This document shows, piece after piece, positions 8,871-17,812 of a stretch of DNA of 64,000 nucleotides. Position numbers and translations under genes: made by a program. The stretch spans positions 14,443 to 78,442 of the forward strand of contig JAKISS010000002.1 in assembly GCA_021648485.1 (NCBI GenBank), given 5' to 3'. Numbering within the stretch: the first letter of the stretch is position 1; the number at the start of each line of letters is the position of its first letter. The stretch comes from Gammaproteobacteria bacterium. GTDB taxonomy: Bacteria; Pseudomonadota; Gammaproteobacteria; SZUA-152. The notes under the pieces are model-generated. The model ran no database searches. It saw only the letters and a program-made list of their open reading frames with translations, and was not told where the DNA came from.

Positions 8871-9629
8871 ATGACCGGAAACACAGATTCTACAGCCCGC
8901 AATGGCTTTCGCAAACATTCACTCGCACTGGCGCTAGCGGCCAGTCTCACCAGCGCTTTTGCTGCCAGCGCCACCCAGGCCGCAACCTGGGATGTCACCA
9001 TCACCAATCTCACCAATGGCAATCATTTCACGCCACTGCTGGTCACAGCCCACGACCATGGCACACACTTGTTCCAGGTAGGTATGCCCGCTACATTACC
9101 CATCGAGCACATGGCGGAATGTGGTCACCTCGACCCGTTGCTGGCAACACCTGAGGTCGGTGCTATTGATGCAGATACTATCGCCAACCCAGCCACCGGT
9201 CTGCTGGCTCCCGGTGCCAGCACCACAGCAATGCTGGTCACCACAGAAACCCATCTCAGTGTTGTCGCCATGGTATTACCCACCAACGACGCCTTCCTGG
9301 GACTGGAATCCCAGCACATTCCCAGCGAAGCCGGTACCTACACCTACTACGTCAATGCCTACGATGCCGGAACTGAAGCCAACGATGAAGTGTTAATGAC
9401 TGCGGGCGCTTGCTCATATACAGATATCGGCATGATGCCGGGTGCGCCCGGAATGGATGCGGGCACGAATGGAAGCGGTGTAGCAACAGCAGACAGTAAT
9501 ACCATGATTCATGTACATCGCGGCGTGTTGGGTGACCAGGATGCCATAGGTGGCAACAGTGATCTGGACAGCACCATCCACCGTTGGCAAAACCCGGTGG
9601 CTAAAATCACTGTCACCGTCACACCGTAA
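8871..9629 (+). CDS. Secreted spondin_N-like domain protein (paralog 1)
   Basis: The track ORF (8760) starts at TTG. I prefer ATG 8871, which is preceded by GGAGA. Signal peptide ALALAASLTSAFAASATQA. Motif WDVTITNLTNGNHFTPLLVTAHD is typical of bacterial spondin-domain proteins. Confidence 0.65.
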   Translation: MTGNTDSTARNGFRKHSLALALAASLTSAFAASATQAATWDVTITNLTNGNHFTPLLVTAHDHGTHLFQVGMPATLPIEHMAECGHLDPLLATPEVGAIDADTIANPATGLLAPGASTTAMLVTTETHLSVVAMVLPTNDAFLGLESQHIPSEAGTYTYYVNAYDAGTEANDEVLMTAGACSYTDIGMMPGAPGMDAGTNGSGVATADSNTMIHVHRGVLGDQDAIGGNSDLDSTIHRWQNPVAKITVTVTP

Positions 9630-9641
9630 AGGAGGGATGTT

Positions 9642-10382
9642 ATGCGACTCTTTCAACAAAAACGACATTCATGCTTGTCATCTTATCTGGCTGTCACTGT
9701 TACCTCCGCAACTCTGCTGATGCTCAGTGCCTGTGGAGATAGTAACAATGATGATAATGTCAGTAATAACAATGCCACTTACGACATTACGGTATACAAC
9801 CTTACCAATGGCCAACCCTTTACGCCTTTAGGCGTTATAGTACACGACTCCGCCTACGTGCCGTGGCAACTGGGTGAAACGGTTAGCACGGGTCTGGAAA
9901 CACTTGCTGAATCAGGTGATCCGTCAACCTTTCTCAGCGAAGCAAATGCCAATAATGCAGTAATAATGAGCACCAGCTCCAGCAACGGACCGTTCGGGCC
10001 AGGCAGCTCGGAAACGGTATCTATCACGGTTGATCACTCCGCAAGTTTGCAACTCACGGTGGCCAGCATGTTAGCCAATACCAATGATGCTTTTACCGGC
10101 ATACGTAATTGGAATATTGGTGAACTGGCCGTGGATGACAGCGTTTCAAGCGTGGCGCGTGTATACGATGCAGGCACTGAAGCCAATAGCGAAACCGCAG
10201 ACAGTATGCCGGGACCGGCAGCTATGGGCGAAGGTTTTAATGCTGCCCGGAATGACCTGGATCGACTGACTGTTCACAGCGGGGTAGTAACAGCCGACGA
10301 TGGCTTGCTGACATCAGCGCTCAATGAATCACATCGCTGGCTGGGTCAGGCAGCAAAGGTGGTGGTTACGCGGACACAGTAA
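9642..10382 (+). CDS. Spondin_N-like domain lipoprotein (paralog 2)
   Basis: Lipobox LLMLSAC. Motif YDITVYNLTNGQPFTPLGVIVHD parallels the upstream gene. Shared YDAGTEAN motif. Confidence 0.65.
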   Translation: MRLFQQKRHSCLSSYLAVTVTSATLLMLSACGDSNNDDNVSNNNATYDITVYNLTNGQPFTPLGVIVHDSAYVPWQLGETVSTGLETLAESGDPSTFLSEANANNAVIMSTSSSNGPFGPGSSETVSITVDHSASLQLTVASMLANTNDAFTGIRNWNIGELAVDDSVSSVARVYDAGTEANSETADSMPGPAAMGEGFNAARNDLDRLTVHSGVVTADDGLLTSALNESHRWLGQAAKVVVTRTQ

Positions 10383-10409
10383 CGGGTTATTATCACTGCA
10401 CTGAGTGTT

Positions 10410-10454
10410 AGGTTCGGCCTCTTTATTCCTTTCCAAGAGGCCGAACCTGTTTTT
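10410..10454 (+). terminator. Rho-independent terminator after the spondin pair
   Basis: 14-bp stem aggttcggcctctt / aagaggccgaacct followed by gttttt. Confidence 0.75.
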
Positions 10455-10457
10455 AAA

Positions 10458-12551
10458 TTACGGTTTAACGGATGTATTCGGATCATTCGACACCACCACC
10501 GCAGGCAAACTGATCACAAAGGTCGAACCCTTGCCTTCCTCACTACTAACATTGATATCGCCGCCCATAGCGCGGCATAAAGTTCGACTGATCGTTAATC
10601 CCAGACCGGTACCTTCATTTTCTACCAATGTATTGTTATGTACCTGTTGAAAAGCCTGGAACAAAACGGATGTTTGTGTCTCATTCATACCAATGCCGGA
10701 ATCACTAACACTAAAAAATAAAGAGGCCTCATCCGAGGCGTTCGTACGCCGCACATTGAGTTCAATATCACCATTGTGGGTAAACTTAGCCGCATTACTT
10801 AACAAATTGAGAATCAATTGCCGCACCCACACACTGTCCGCCACCATTTCCCCAAGATCACCCTCACAATTTACCCGTAGCGTATTATTATTTTTTTTCA
10901 TCAACATACCAACAGTGGATGACACATCACCCACTAACAAAGCCACATTAAATGACTCCAGCTTCATTTCCATTTTTCCGGCTTCAATTTTCGATAAATC
11001 CAATACGTTGTTAATCAACCGCAAAAGATGATGACCGGACAAATAAATCTTATTAAGATCGACAGCCAGCTCACTGGCACCCAGCACTTTAGCATCATCT
11101 CGCAACAGTTCACTGTAACCAATAATGGCATTCAGGGGCGTGCGTAACTCATGGCTCATATTGGCAAGAAACATGCTCTTCGCGCGGTTTGCCTGTTCGG
11201 CCTGTTCACGCATGATTTGTAAATCAGCCGTACGCACACGGACTAACTCTTCCAAATGGTGGCGATGTGCATGCAGCTCTGCATCAGCCTCTTTTTTTGC
11301 CGTGATATCACGAAAGAAAATAGACAAGCCATCAGGGTGTGGATAGACCTGTGTTTCCACCCACAGATTCAATGGTGAATAATACACCTCAAATGCCGCA
11401 TTCGATCCTTCATCAATCGCCAGCTGAAAGGGCTCGTAAAACACCGTAGAAAATTCTGGTAACTCATCCCATAAAACCTGCCCCAGCACATCCCTTCGCA
11501 ACACCTGAAACAACTGTTCCGCCTGCCGGTTACAATAAGTAATGACATAATCCTCATCCAATGCCAAATAGGCATCATTGGTAGACTCCAGCAAATGAAC
11601 AACTCTCTGATTGGCTTTTTGCAAAGCAACTACTGCCATCTTTCGCTCAGTCACATCACGCAAAAATACTTTTATCATCGGCACACCATCAGGCATAATC
11701 AGATTGGCATGCACATCAATAAACAATGTTTCACCACCGGGCTTTTGAACAGTTTCCTCAAAAAATGTTGCGCCGGTGTTTTTTATATCCCGCAAGGCCT
11801 GTAAATGACAAACATCGCCGGAAAAATACTGCGCCAGATAATTATTTAATAATTTTCCTGCATCTACATCAAATAATTTTTCTGCGGCTACATTTGCCTC
11901 ACACACCAATAGATTTTCATCCAGCACCACAATGGGGCTACCGGTCATTTCATTTAATATGCGAAAGCGTTCCTGCCGCTGCAATTCACCATCCATATCC
12001 ATTACGGCTTTGGATTTATTTTTTGCTACTGCATTTATACCGTCAGTCACACCATCGACCCGCACTTCAGCCAGAAGCTGGCCCAGCATTTTCGTTACCT
12101 GATCTGCCGCTGAAATTTCATCTTCGGAAAACATCTTACCCGACCTGTCACGGCCAATCACTACCGCGCCAAGTATCTCCCCCTGCCGGTAAACAGGCAC
12201 CACCAACATATGATGCATACCAAATAATTCTGTAAAAACAGCTTCATCTTCACGAGTATTCGCTAACAATGTAAACACTGAAACATCACCAGACTCAAGC
12301 ACCAGAGAAACAATGGAAGCATTAGACAGGCTTACAAGCTGTTGGCTGTTTTTTATTGTGCTGGTTGCTGAATGCGCCACCACAAAAAGGCGATTGGTTG
12401 ATTTATCACAAATCAACACCAGCTGAGCGCCTAGTGGTAATTGTTGTTTTAAACCGGGAAAATTATCGCGCACACACCGTTCGATTGACTCCACCGATTG
12501 AGGTGCATTGGGGAAAAACGGCGTTACATCTGATCGTCTTACACTGGACAT
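10458..12551 (-). CDS. Cytoplasmic sensor histidine kinase (GAF - PAS - PAS - HisKA - HATPase)
   Basis: H-box MSHELRTPLNAIIGY. N/G boxes LLSNAAKFT, DSGIGM, GTGLGLTISR. No obvious TM segment and no receiver domain. Confidence 0.85.
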   Translation of the reverse strand: MSSVRRSDVTPFFPNAPQSVESIERCVRDNFPGLKQQLPLGAQLVLICDKSTNRLFVVAHSATSTIKNSQQLVSLSNASIVSLVLESGDVSVFTLLANTREDEAVFTELFGMHHMLVVPVYRQGEILGAVVIGRDRSGKMFSEDEISAADQVTKMLGQLLAEVRVDGVTDGINAVAKNKSKAVMDMDGELQRQERFRILNEMTGSPIVVLDENLLVCEANVAAEKLFDVDAGKLLNNYLAQYFSGDVCHLQALRDIKNTGATFFEETVQKPGGETLFIDVHANLIMPDGVPMIKVFLRDVTERKMAVVALQKANQRVVHLLESTNDAYLALDEDYVITYCNRQAEQLFQVLRRDVLGQVLWDELPEFSTVFYEPFQLAIDEGSNAAFEVYYSPLNLWVETQVYPHPDGLSIFFRDITAKKEADAELHAHRHHLEELVRVRTADLQIMREQAEQANRAKSMFLANMSHELRTPLNAIIGYSELLRDDAKVLGASELAVDLNKIYLSGHHLLRLINNVLDLSKIEAGKMEMKLESFNVALLVGDVSSTVGMLMKKNNNTLRVNCEGDLGEMVADSVWVRQLILNLLSNAAKFTHNGDIELNVRRTNASDEASLFFSVSDSGIGMNETQTSVLFQAFQQVHNNTLVENEGTGLGLTISRTLCRAMGGDINVSSEEGKGSTFVISLPAVVVSNDPNTSVKP

Positions 12552-12758
12552 AGTACAAGTGGATATTTACTGCATACTGCCGCAAATATTTCGACCTCTG
12601 TTCACTGAAAATCAAAAAAAACAATCGGCAAAAATCTACTCTGTGCCAACACCTTTCTGATGTTGATAATCCCATTCCTTGCTATGGGAAAGGCTTTTTC
12701 ATTTATCAGACATCAGGCACTATCGGCCAGTAATATTGAAGCTTGAACATTGTCTTTA

Positions 12759-13487
12759 TCAGACTTTATCTTCCGTTTTCTGTGATAACAATGCTGTCAC
12801 TTCAATCTGATTGCCACGAACAATCCATTTCACATCAATATCATAAAGGCGCATACCAAATAATTGTTTATCTTCGCGATCAATGCGGTATGCAGGACGC
12901 GGATCCGCTTGCAGAACCTGCTCAATCAACTGGCGAAAATCCGGATATTGTGTTCGCTCCCACATTGCGCACTGTGCTGAAGCTAATTCATTAAATACCA
13001 CCACCATCCCACTTTCTGGAGATTGTGCCGCAAAACCACCCTGTGCATCAGGCAAGGCGTCGGCATAAGGTAAATAAGGTTTAATATCCAACACGGGAGT
13101 GCCATCCAGAAAGTCACCGCCACGCAATTTCAATTGACAATGGCCATTGTGACACTGAATGTCTTCCAGCATGACTGCCGACAGACCAATAGGATTAGGA
13201 CGGAACGGAGAACGCGAGGCAAATACACCCACACGTTGATTTCCGCCCAGACGTGGCGGGCGCACAGTGGGCTTCCATCCATCACGCAATGCTTGATGAA
13301 AAACAAAAACCACCCAGACATGAGAAAACCCCTGTAATTCCACCAGTGCTTCCGGGCAATCATAGGGAGCATATAACGCCAGCGTAGCCGACGCTGCTGT
13401 CACCAGGCCTGACTGCCGCGGAATCCCGAATTTTTCGCTATAACAGGAATGAATAATGCCAATGGGCTGAAAATCGAAGCTACGCAT
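12759..13487 (-). CDS. trmO: tRNA (t6A37-N6)-methyltransferase TrmO (YaeB family)
   Basis: IGIIHSCYSEKFGIPRQ, SRSPFRPNPIGLS, GTPVLDIKPY. Confidence 0.8.
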   Translation of the reverse strand: MRSFDFQPIGIIHSCYSEKFGIPRQSGLVTAASATLALYAPYDCPEALVELQGFSHVWVVFVFHQALRDGWKPTVRPPRLGGNQRVGVFASRSPFRPNPIGLSAVMLEDIQCHNGHCQLKLRGGDFLDGTPVLDIKPYLPYADALPDAQGGFAAQSPESGMVVVFNELASAQCAMWERTQYPDFRQLIEQVLQADPRPAYRIDREDKQLFGMRLYDIDVKWIVRGNQIEVTALLSQKTEDKV

Positions 13488-13549
13488 AATATTTGATGTT
13501 AATTGCCGCTAACCTTATGATAGCCACCAACTCTCTGGGATACTCTTGT

Positions 13550-14020
13550 ATGAAACCATTCAGTTTAAAAAACTTATTCACCAGCAGAGCCAAAACCGTT
13601 AAAGAACGTCGGCACAACCCACGACCTGCCGACGGCTATGATTTTACAATCCTCATTGTGGACGACTCACGCACGGCAGTTGCCACATTCACCAAAATGC
13701 TCACACAAGCTGGTTTTAAAACCCTCTCGGCCTCTGACGGACAGGAAGGTGTCGCCGCCGCCAAGGAACATTTGCCTGACCTTGTTTTAATGGATGTTGT
13801 GATGCCCGGCCTGAATGGTTTTCAAGCCACGCGCCAAATACGCAAAAATGAAACCACTGCACACATTCCCATTATTATTGTCAGCGGCGAACAACAGGCC
13901 ACTGAACAATTCTGGGGAAAGCGCGTTGGTGCCAGCGCCTTTCTGACAAAACCCGTTGATCGTGGACAGCTTTTCGGGGGAATTTTTGACATAATGGATA
14001 AAAAAAACGAGGATCAATAA
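13550..14020 (+). CDS. Single-domain CheY-like response regulator
   Basis: ILIVDDS ... DLVLMDVVMPGLNG ... IPIIIVS ... FLTKP. The track ORF starts at TTG 13493; ATG 13550 is my preferred start. Confidence 0.75.
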   Translation: MKPFSLKNLFTSRAKTVKERRHNPRPADGYDFTILIVDDSRTAVATFTKMLTQAGFKTLSASDGQEGVAAAKEHLPDLVLMDVVMPGLNGFQATRQIRKNETTAHIPIIIVSGEQQATEQFWGKRVGASAFLTKPVDRGQLFGGIFDIMDKKNEDQ

Positions 14021-14049
14021 CTCGCTTTTAACAATCTTCCCGGCACTCC

Positions 14050-14682
14050 TCAATATTGATAAGTCAGTGTCAAGAAATGGAAATTGATACCCTTGTTTGG
14101 CACACGGACAGAGCCGTTGGAATAATGCTGGAATTTATAAGCGAACCCCCATTGGTTTCGTTTGCCAATATTCGCACCGACACTAAACTGGTCTGAAAAC
14201 TGAAAATTTGAACCAAACTCATGTTCTTGAAAACGACTGACGGTAAACAGGTTAACCCCCACGCCCACATCCAGATACGGCTGAACATAGCCTTTTTTTC
14301 CCGTAAAACGAAACATTGGCGTAAGCCCAACCGTCATATTAACGCCCGTCTGACTGGCATCTAGCGTGCTCTGCCATCTGGAAAAATCCAGCTGCCAATA
14401 AGAGCTCACATTCCAACCAAACACCTCCAAAAGATCATCATTCCAGTCCCACTGGGCTCCTGCACGCACCACAGAAACATGATCACCACCACCGATTTCT
14501 GTTGTCATACCCCTGGCTTTCAGTGGATTGGTTGTAGCAATCAGCGCGGCAGTTGTGGCCACCGACATTTTCCACATAAGGGATTCCAGCGGTTGACCGG
14601 CATGCACCTGTGTTGAACAAAAGGAAAAAAGAAAAAGTGTCATCAATGAAGCTTTCAATGATGAAAAAGAAAAAATACGCAT
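14050..14682 (-). CDS. Outer-membrane acyloxyacyl hydrolase / lipid A deacylase (PagL-like)
   Basis: Signal peptide, beta-barrel-like alternating sequence, HYSNG motif near the C-terminus, ends in Y. Confidence 0.6.
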   Translation of the reverse strand: MRIFSFSSLKASLMTLFLFSFCSTQVHAGQPLESLMWKMSVATTAALIATTNPLKARGMTTEIGGGDHVSVVRAGAQWDWNDDLLEVFGWNVSSYWQLDFSRWQSTLDASQTGVNMTVGLTPMFRFTGKKGYVQPYLDVGVGVNLFTVSRFQEHEFGSNFQFSDQFSVGANIGKRNQWGFAYKFQHYSNGSVRVPNKGINFHFLTLTYQY

Positions 14683-14798
14683 GTACTTGCATTACCGTAT
14701 AAGTTTATAGACGCTGCGCAGTATATCGGAGGGTATTTATCCGGTCCAGAAACCTACGCTATCTAATAAATAACACCTGGTAACAAGCGAAAAAACAT

Positions 14799-16133
14799 AT
14801 GCAAATTATCACAAACTTCTTAAATCTCAGCAGCGGCATCATCTGGGGCCCCATTATGCTGGTGTTATTGTTGGGCACCGGTGTATATCTCACCCTTGGC
14901 CTCAGAGCCATGCCCTGGCGACAACTGATTTCCAGCTTTCGACTCTTGTGGCGCAGCCGCCACTCCAACGACAACGGTGACATCACCCCCTTTCAGGCAC
15001 TAATGACCGCGCTGGCCGCCACCATTGGCACCGGCAACATCGCTGGCGTCGCCACCGCCATTTTTCTCGGCGGCCCCGGCGCAGTGTTCTGGATGTGGAT
15101 TACCGCACTCGTCGGCATGGCCACCAAATACAGTGAAGCAGTGCTGGCAGTAAAGTATCGTGAGGTGGACGAACGCGGGCGCTACGTGGGTGGCCCCATG
15201 TATTACATCAAAAATGGGCTGGGAAATAACTGGAAATGGCTGGGTATTGCCTTCGCCCTGTTTGGCATGATCGCCGCCTTTGGCATCGGCAACATGGTAC
15301 AGGCCAACTCCGTCGCCCATGCCATGCACACGGCCTTCGCCGTCCCGTACTGGGTTTCGGGTGGCGTAATGATGATTTTAACCGCTATCGTTGTCCTCGG
15401 CGGCATCAAACGCATCGCCGTGGTAGCCGCCAAACTGGTGCCCTTTATGGCGCTGGCCTACATCGCGGGTGCATTGTGGATCATCCTTGCACATCTCGCT
15501 GATGTGCCAACGGCACTGGCCAGTATCGTCAGTGATGCTTTCACCGGCACAGCAGCCACTGGCGGTTTTGCTGGTGCCGCCGTATGGGCAGCCATTCGCT
15601 TCGGTGTAGCGCGGGGTATTTTTTCCAATGAGGCCGGTCTTGGCAGCGCGCCGATTGCCCATGCCGCAGCACGCACCAACAACCCGGTACAACAAGGCAT
15701 GATTGGTATGCTGGGCACCTTCATCGACACCATTATTATCTGCACCATGACCGCACTGGTAATTATTCTTACCGGTGTCTGGACCAGCGGCGAAACCGGC
15801 GCTGCGCTTTCCATGCAAGCCTTTGCCACAGGTCTGCCCGGTTTTGGCAGCATTATCATCAGTATCGGGCTGGCCATTTTTGCCTTCACCACGATACTGG
15901 GCTGGAGTTATTACGGCGAACGTTGCGCCGAATTCCTTTTCGGCATTCGCGTCATCCTGCCTTATCGACTGCTGTGGCTGGTGGCCATTCTGATGGGTGC
16001 ACTGGGTAAACTGGAAATCATCTGGTTGCTGGCCGATGTATTTAACGGCCTCATGGCCATCCCCAACCTGATCGCCCTGCTGGCATTGAGCCCTGTGGTA
16101 TTTCGACTGACCCAGGCCTATTTCAAAAAATGA
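14799..16133 (+). CDS. Alanine/glycine:cation symporter (AGCS family)
   Basis: 444-aa polytopic protein with ITPFQALMTALAATIGTGNIAGVATAI and SNEAGLGSAPIAHAAA. Confidence 0.85.
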   Translation: MQIITNFLNLSSGIIWGPIMLVLLLGTGVYLTLGLRAMPWRQLISSFRLLWRSRHSNDNGDITPFQALMTALAATIGTGNIAGVATAIFLGGPGAVFWMWITALVGMATKYSEAVLAVKYREVDERGRYVGGPMYYIKNGLGNNWKWLGIAFALFGMIAAFGIGNMVQANSVAHAMHTAFAVPYWVSGGVMMILTAIVVLGGIKRIAVVAAKLVPFMALAYIAGALWIILAHLADVPTALASIVSDAFTGTAATGGFAGAAVWAAIRFGVARGIFSNEAGLGSAPIAHAAARTNNPVQQGMIGMLGTFIDTIIICTMTALVIILTGVWTSGETGAALSMQAFATGLPGFGSIIISIGLAIFAFTTILGWSYYGERCAEFLFGIRVILPYRLLWLVAILMGALGKLEIIWLLADVFNGLMAIPNLIALLALSPVVFRLTQAYFKK

Positions 16134-16148
16134 CGGGGTGTTTTCCTG

Positions 16149-16673
16149 CTATCGGGCGTAAAAGACCTTAATCAGCGTCTGTGCACCTGGCAACAACTGA
16201 CGCAACAATTTTTTATCGCCATCCCGATAATAATTTTCCATTTTATGGATGCCCACATGCGGCTCTTCGGGTTTAAAAAAATTGAGGTTGCCGTATTGTG
16301 CAAAATAATGGGCCGACATCAGTTCAGCATCACCCCAGACAGGTAGCTGCTTTTTGTAAAATGCGATAACCGTTTCGTAATCATCCGTAGTCATCAATTC
16401 AATAATCGGCAGACCTTCATATTTTGGCGGTCGCTCTTTCACCGCAAAAGTACGAAGAATAACAGCACCGGGGTAAGCAGGAATACCCACCCGTGCCGCT
16501 TCAGGGATGACCGAATCACGGGCACTTTGTGCCTGATAATTGTTCGCTATATCAGCAGGAAGCTGAGGTCGTGGGGCAAAGGGTTCTGCGGCCACATTCA
16601 TCGACATACTGCCTAAAAAAAGAAAAAGGCCACCGACGCTCGCGGCAGCCTTGCTGACAACATTCAATTTCAT
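16149..16673 (-). CDS. Secreted hypothetical protein
   Basis: Preferred start MKLNVVSKAAASVGGLFLFLGSMSMNVAA (signal peptide). I do not recognise a family. Confidence 0.5.
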   Translation of the reverse strand: MKLNVVSKAAASVGGLFLFLGSMSMNVAAEPFAPRPQLPADIANNYQAQSARDSVIPEAARVGIPAYPGAVILRTFAVKERPPKYEGLPIIELMTTDDYETVIAFYKKQLPVWGDAELMSAHYFAQYGNLNFFKPEEPHVGIHKMENYYRDGDKKLLRQLLPGAQTLIKVFYAR

Positions 16674-16735
16674 AATCTTCTCTGTCTGAAATTTGTATTT
16701 AATGCTTGTCTTCAAAAAATGGCTTACATGACAGG

Positions 16736-17062
16736 CTATTGCGGCAGCCATAAACCGACATATTCATTGACATCGGCTTCCACCAATCGTCCACCCACAT
16801 ACAGTTTTTCCACCTCATCACGATCAATGGTTTTTTTCACACCATCCGGATATTCGTAACGCCATTCCTTATTGATCACCAATTCAAACATGGTCACCAT
16901 AATGTCATCAAAACGTATCGTATGCTCATCAGCCAGGCGTTTAAACTCGGCAATACGCAAGCCTCGCCCCAGCTTTTCGACCTCTTCCTTTGCCAACGCA
17001 GCCAGAGCGATATCCCATTTTGGCACTTCTTCGTCAAACCCTTTTAATGCATCAATCACCAT
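16736..17062 (-). CDS. Acidic hypothetical protein (108 aa)
   Basis: ORF with coding-like composition, directly upstream of 16149..16673. I do not recognise a family. Confidence 0.45.
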   Translation of the reverse strand: MVIDALKGFDEEVPKWDIALAALAKEEVEKLGRGLRIAEFKRLADEHTIRFDDIMVTMFELVINKEWRYEYPDGVKKTIDRDEVEKLYVGGRLVEADVNEYVGLWLPQ

Positions 17063-17196
17063 GTTTGCCTCTCCGTATCATTTTAGGGGTCATGTGACTT
17101 CCCTGCCCCTCACCCATTTGCTGATAAAAAGTGTAACCACAAGCAAGCCTGCCTTCAAGCAGAAACTGTTTTTTGCATAACACCAAAGTCACCTGT

Positions 17197-17763
17197 TTAC
17201 GCCGAAAAGCTCACTCCGGTACCGCCTATACCACAATAACCATCAGGGTTTTTCGCCAAATACTGCTGATGATAATCTTCAGCGAAATAAAACGGTGGTG
17301 CAGTGATGATTTCAGTGGTGATCAGTGGATAACCAGCCACCGTTAATTGGCTTTGATAACGTGCCTGTGTTTCTTCTGCCAGCTGCCGCTGTATTTCATC
17401 GTACACATAAATACCCGAACGATACTGTGTACCACGATCATTCCCCTGGCACATGCCCTGCGTAGGATCATGCCCCTCCCAAAACAGTTTCAATAATGTG
17501 GCAAAAGACAGTATTTCCGGGTCAAACACCACGCGCACAACTTCATTGTGGCCCGTCTGACCACGACACACCTCTTCATAAGTAGGGTTGAGTGTGACAC
17601 CCGCAGCATAGCCTGCTGCCGTGGAATACACACCGGGCAACTGCCAGAACATTTTTTCCACACCCCAAAAACAGCCCATGCCAAACATGGCCAATTGCAA
17701 GCCGTGTGGAAACGGACCCTGTAACGGGTTATTGATGACAAAATGCATACCCGTCATAGACAT
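17197..17763 (-). CDS. msrA: Peptide methionine-S-sulfoxide reductase
   Basis: GMGCFWG active-site motif and YHQQYL. Confidence 0.9.
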   Translation of the reverse strand: MSMTGMHFVINNPLQGPFPHGLQLAMFGMGCFWGVEKMFWQLPGVYSTAAGYAAGVTLNPTYEEVCRGQTGHNEVVRVVFDPEILSFATLLKLFWEGHDPTQGMCQGNDRGTQYRSGIYVYDEIQRQLAEETQARYQSQLTVAGYPLITTEIITAPPFYFAEDYHQQYLAKNPDGYCGIGGTGVSFSA

Positions 17764-17812
17764 GGGAAGATCATCCTTGGAAAAATTTTATTTGCAGCAT
17801 GATAATCGCCTT

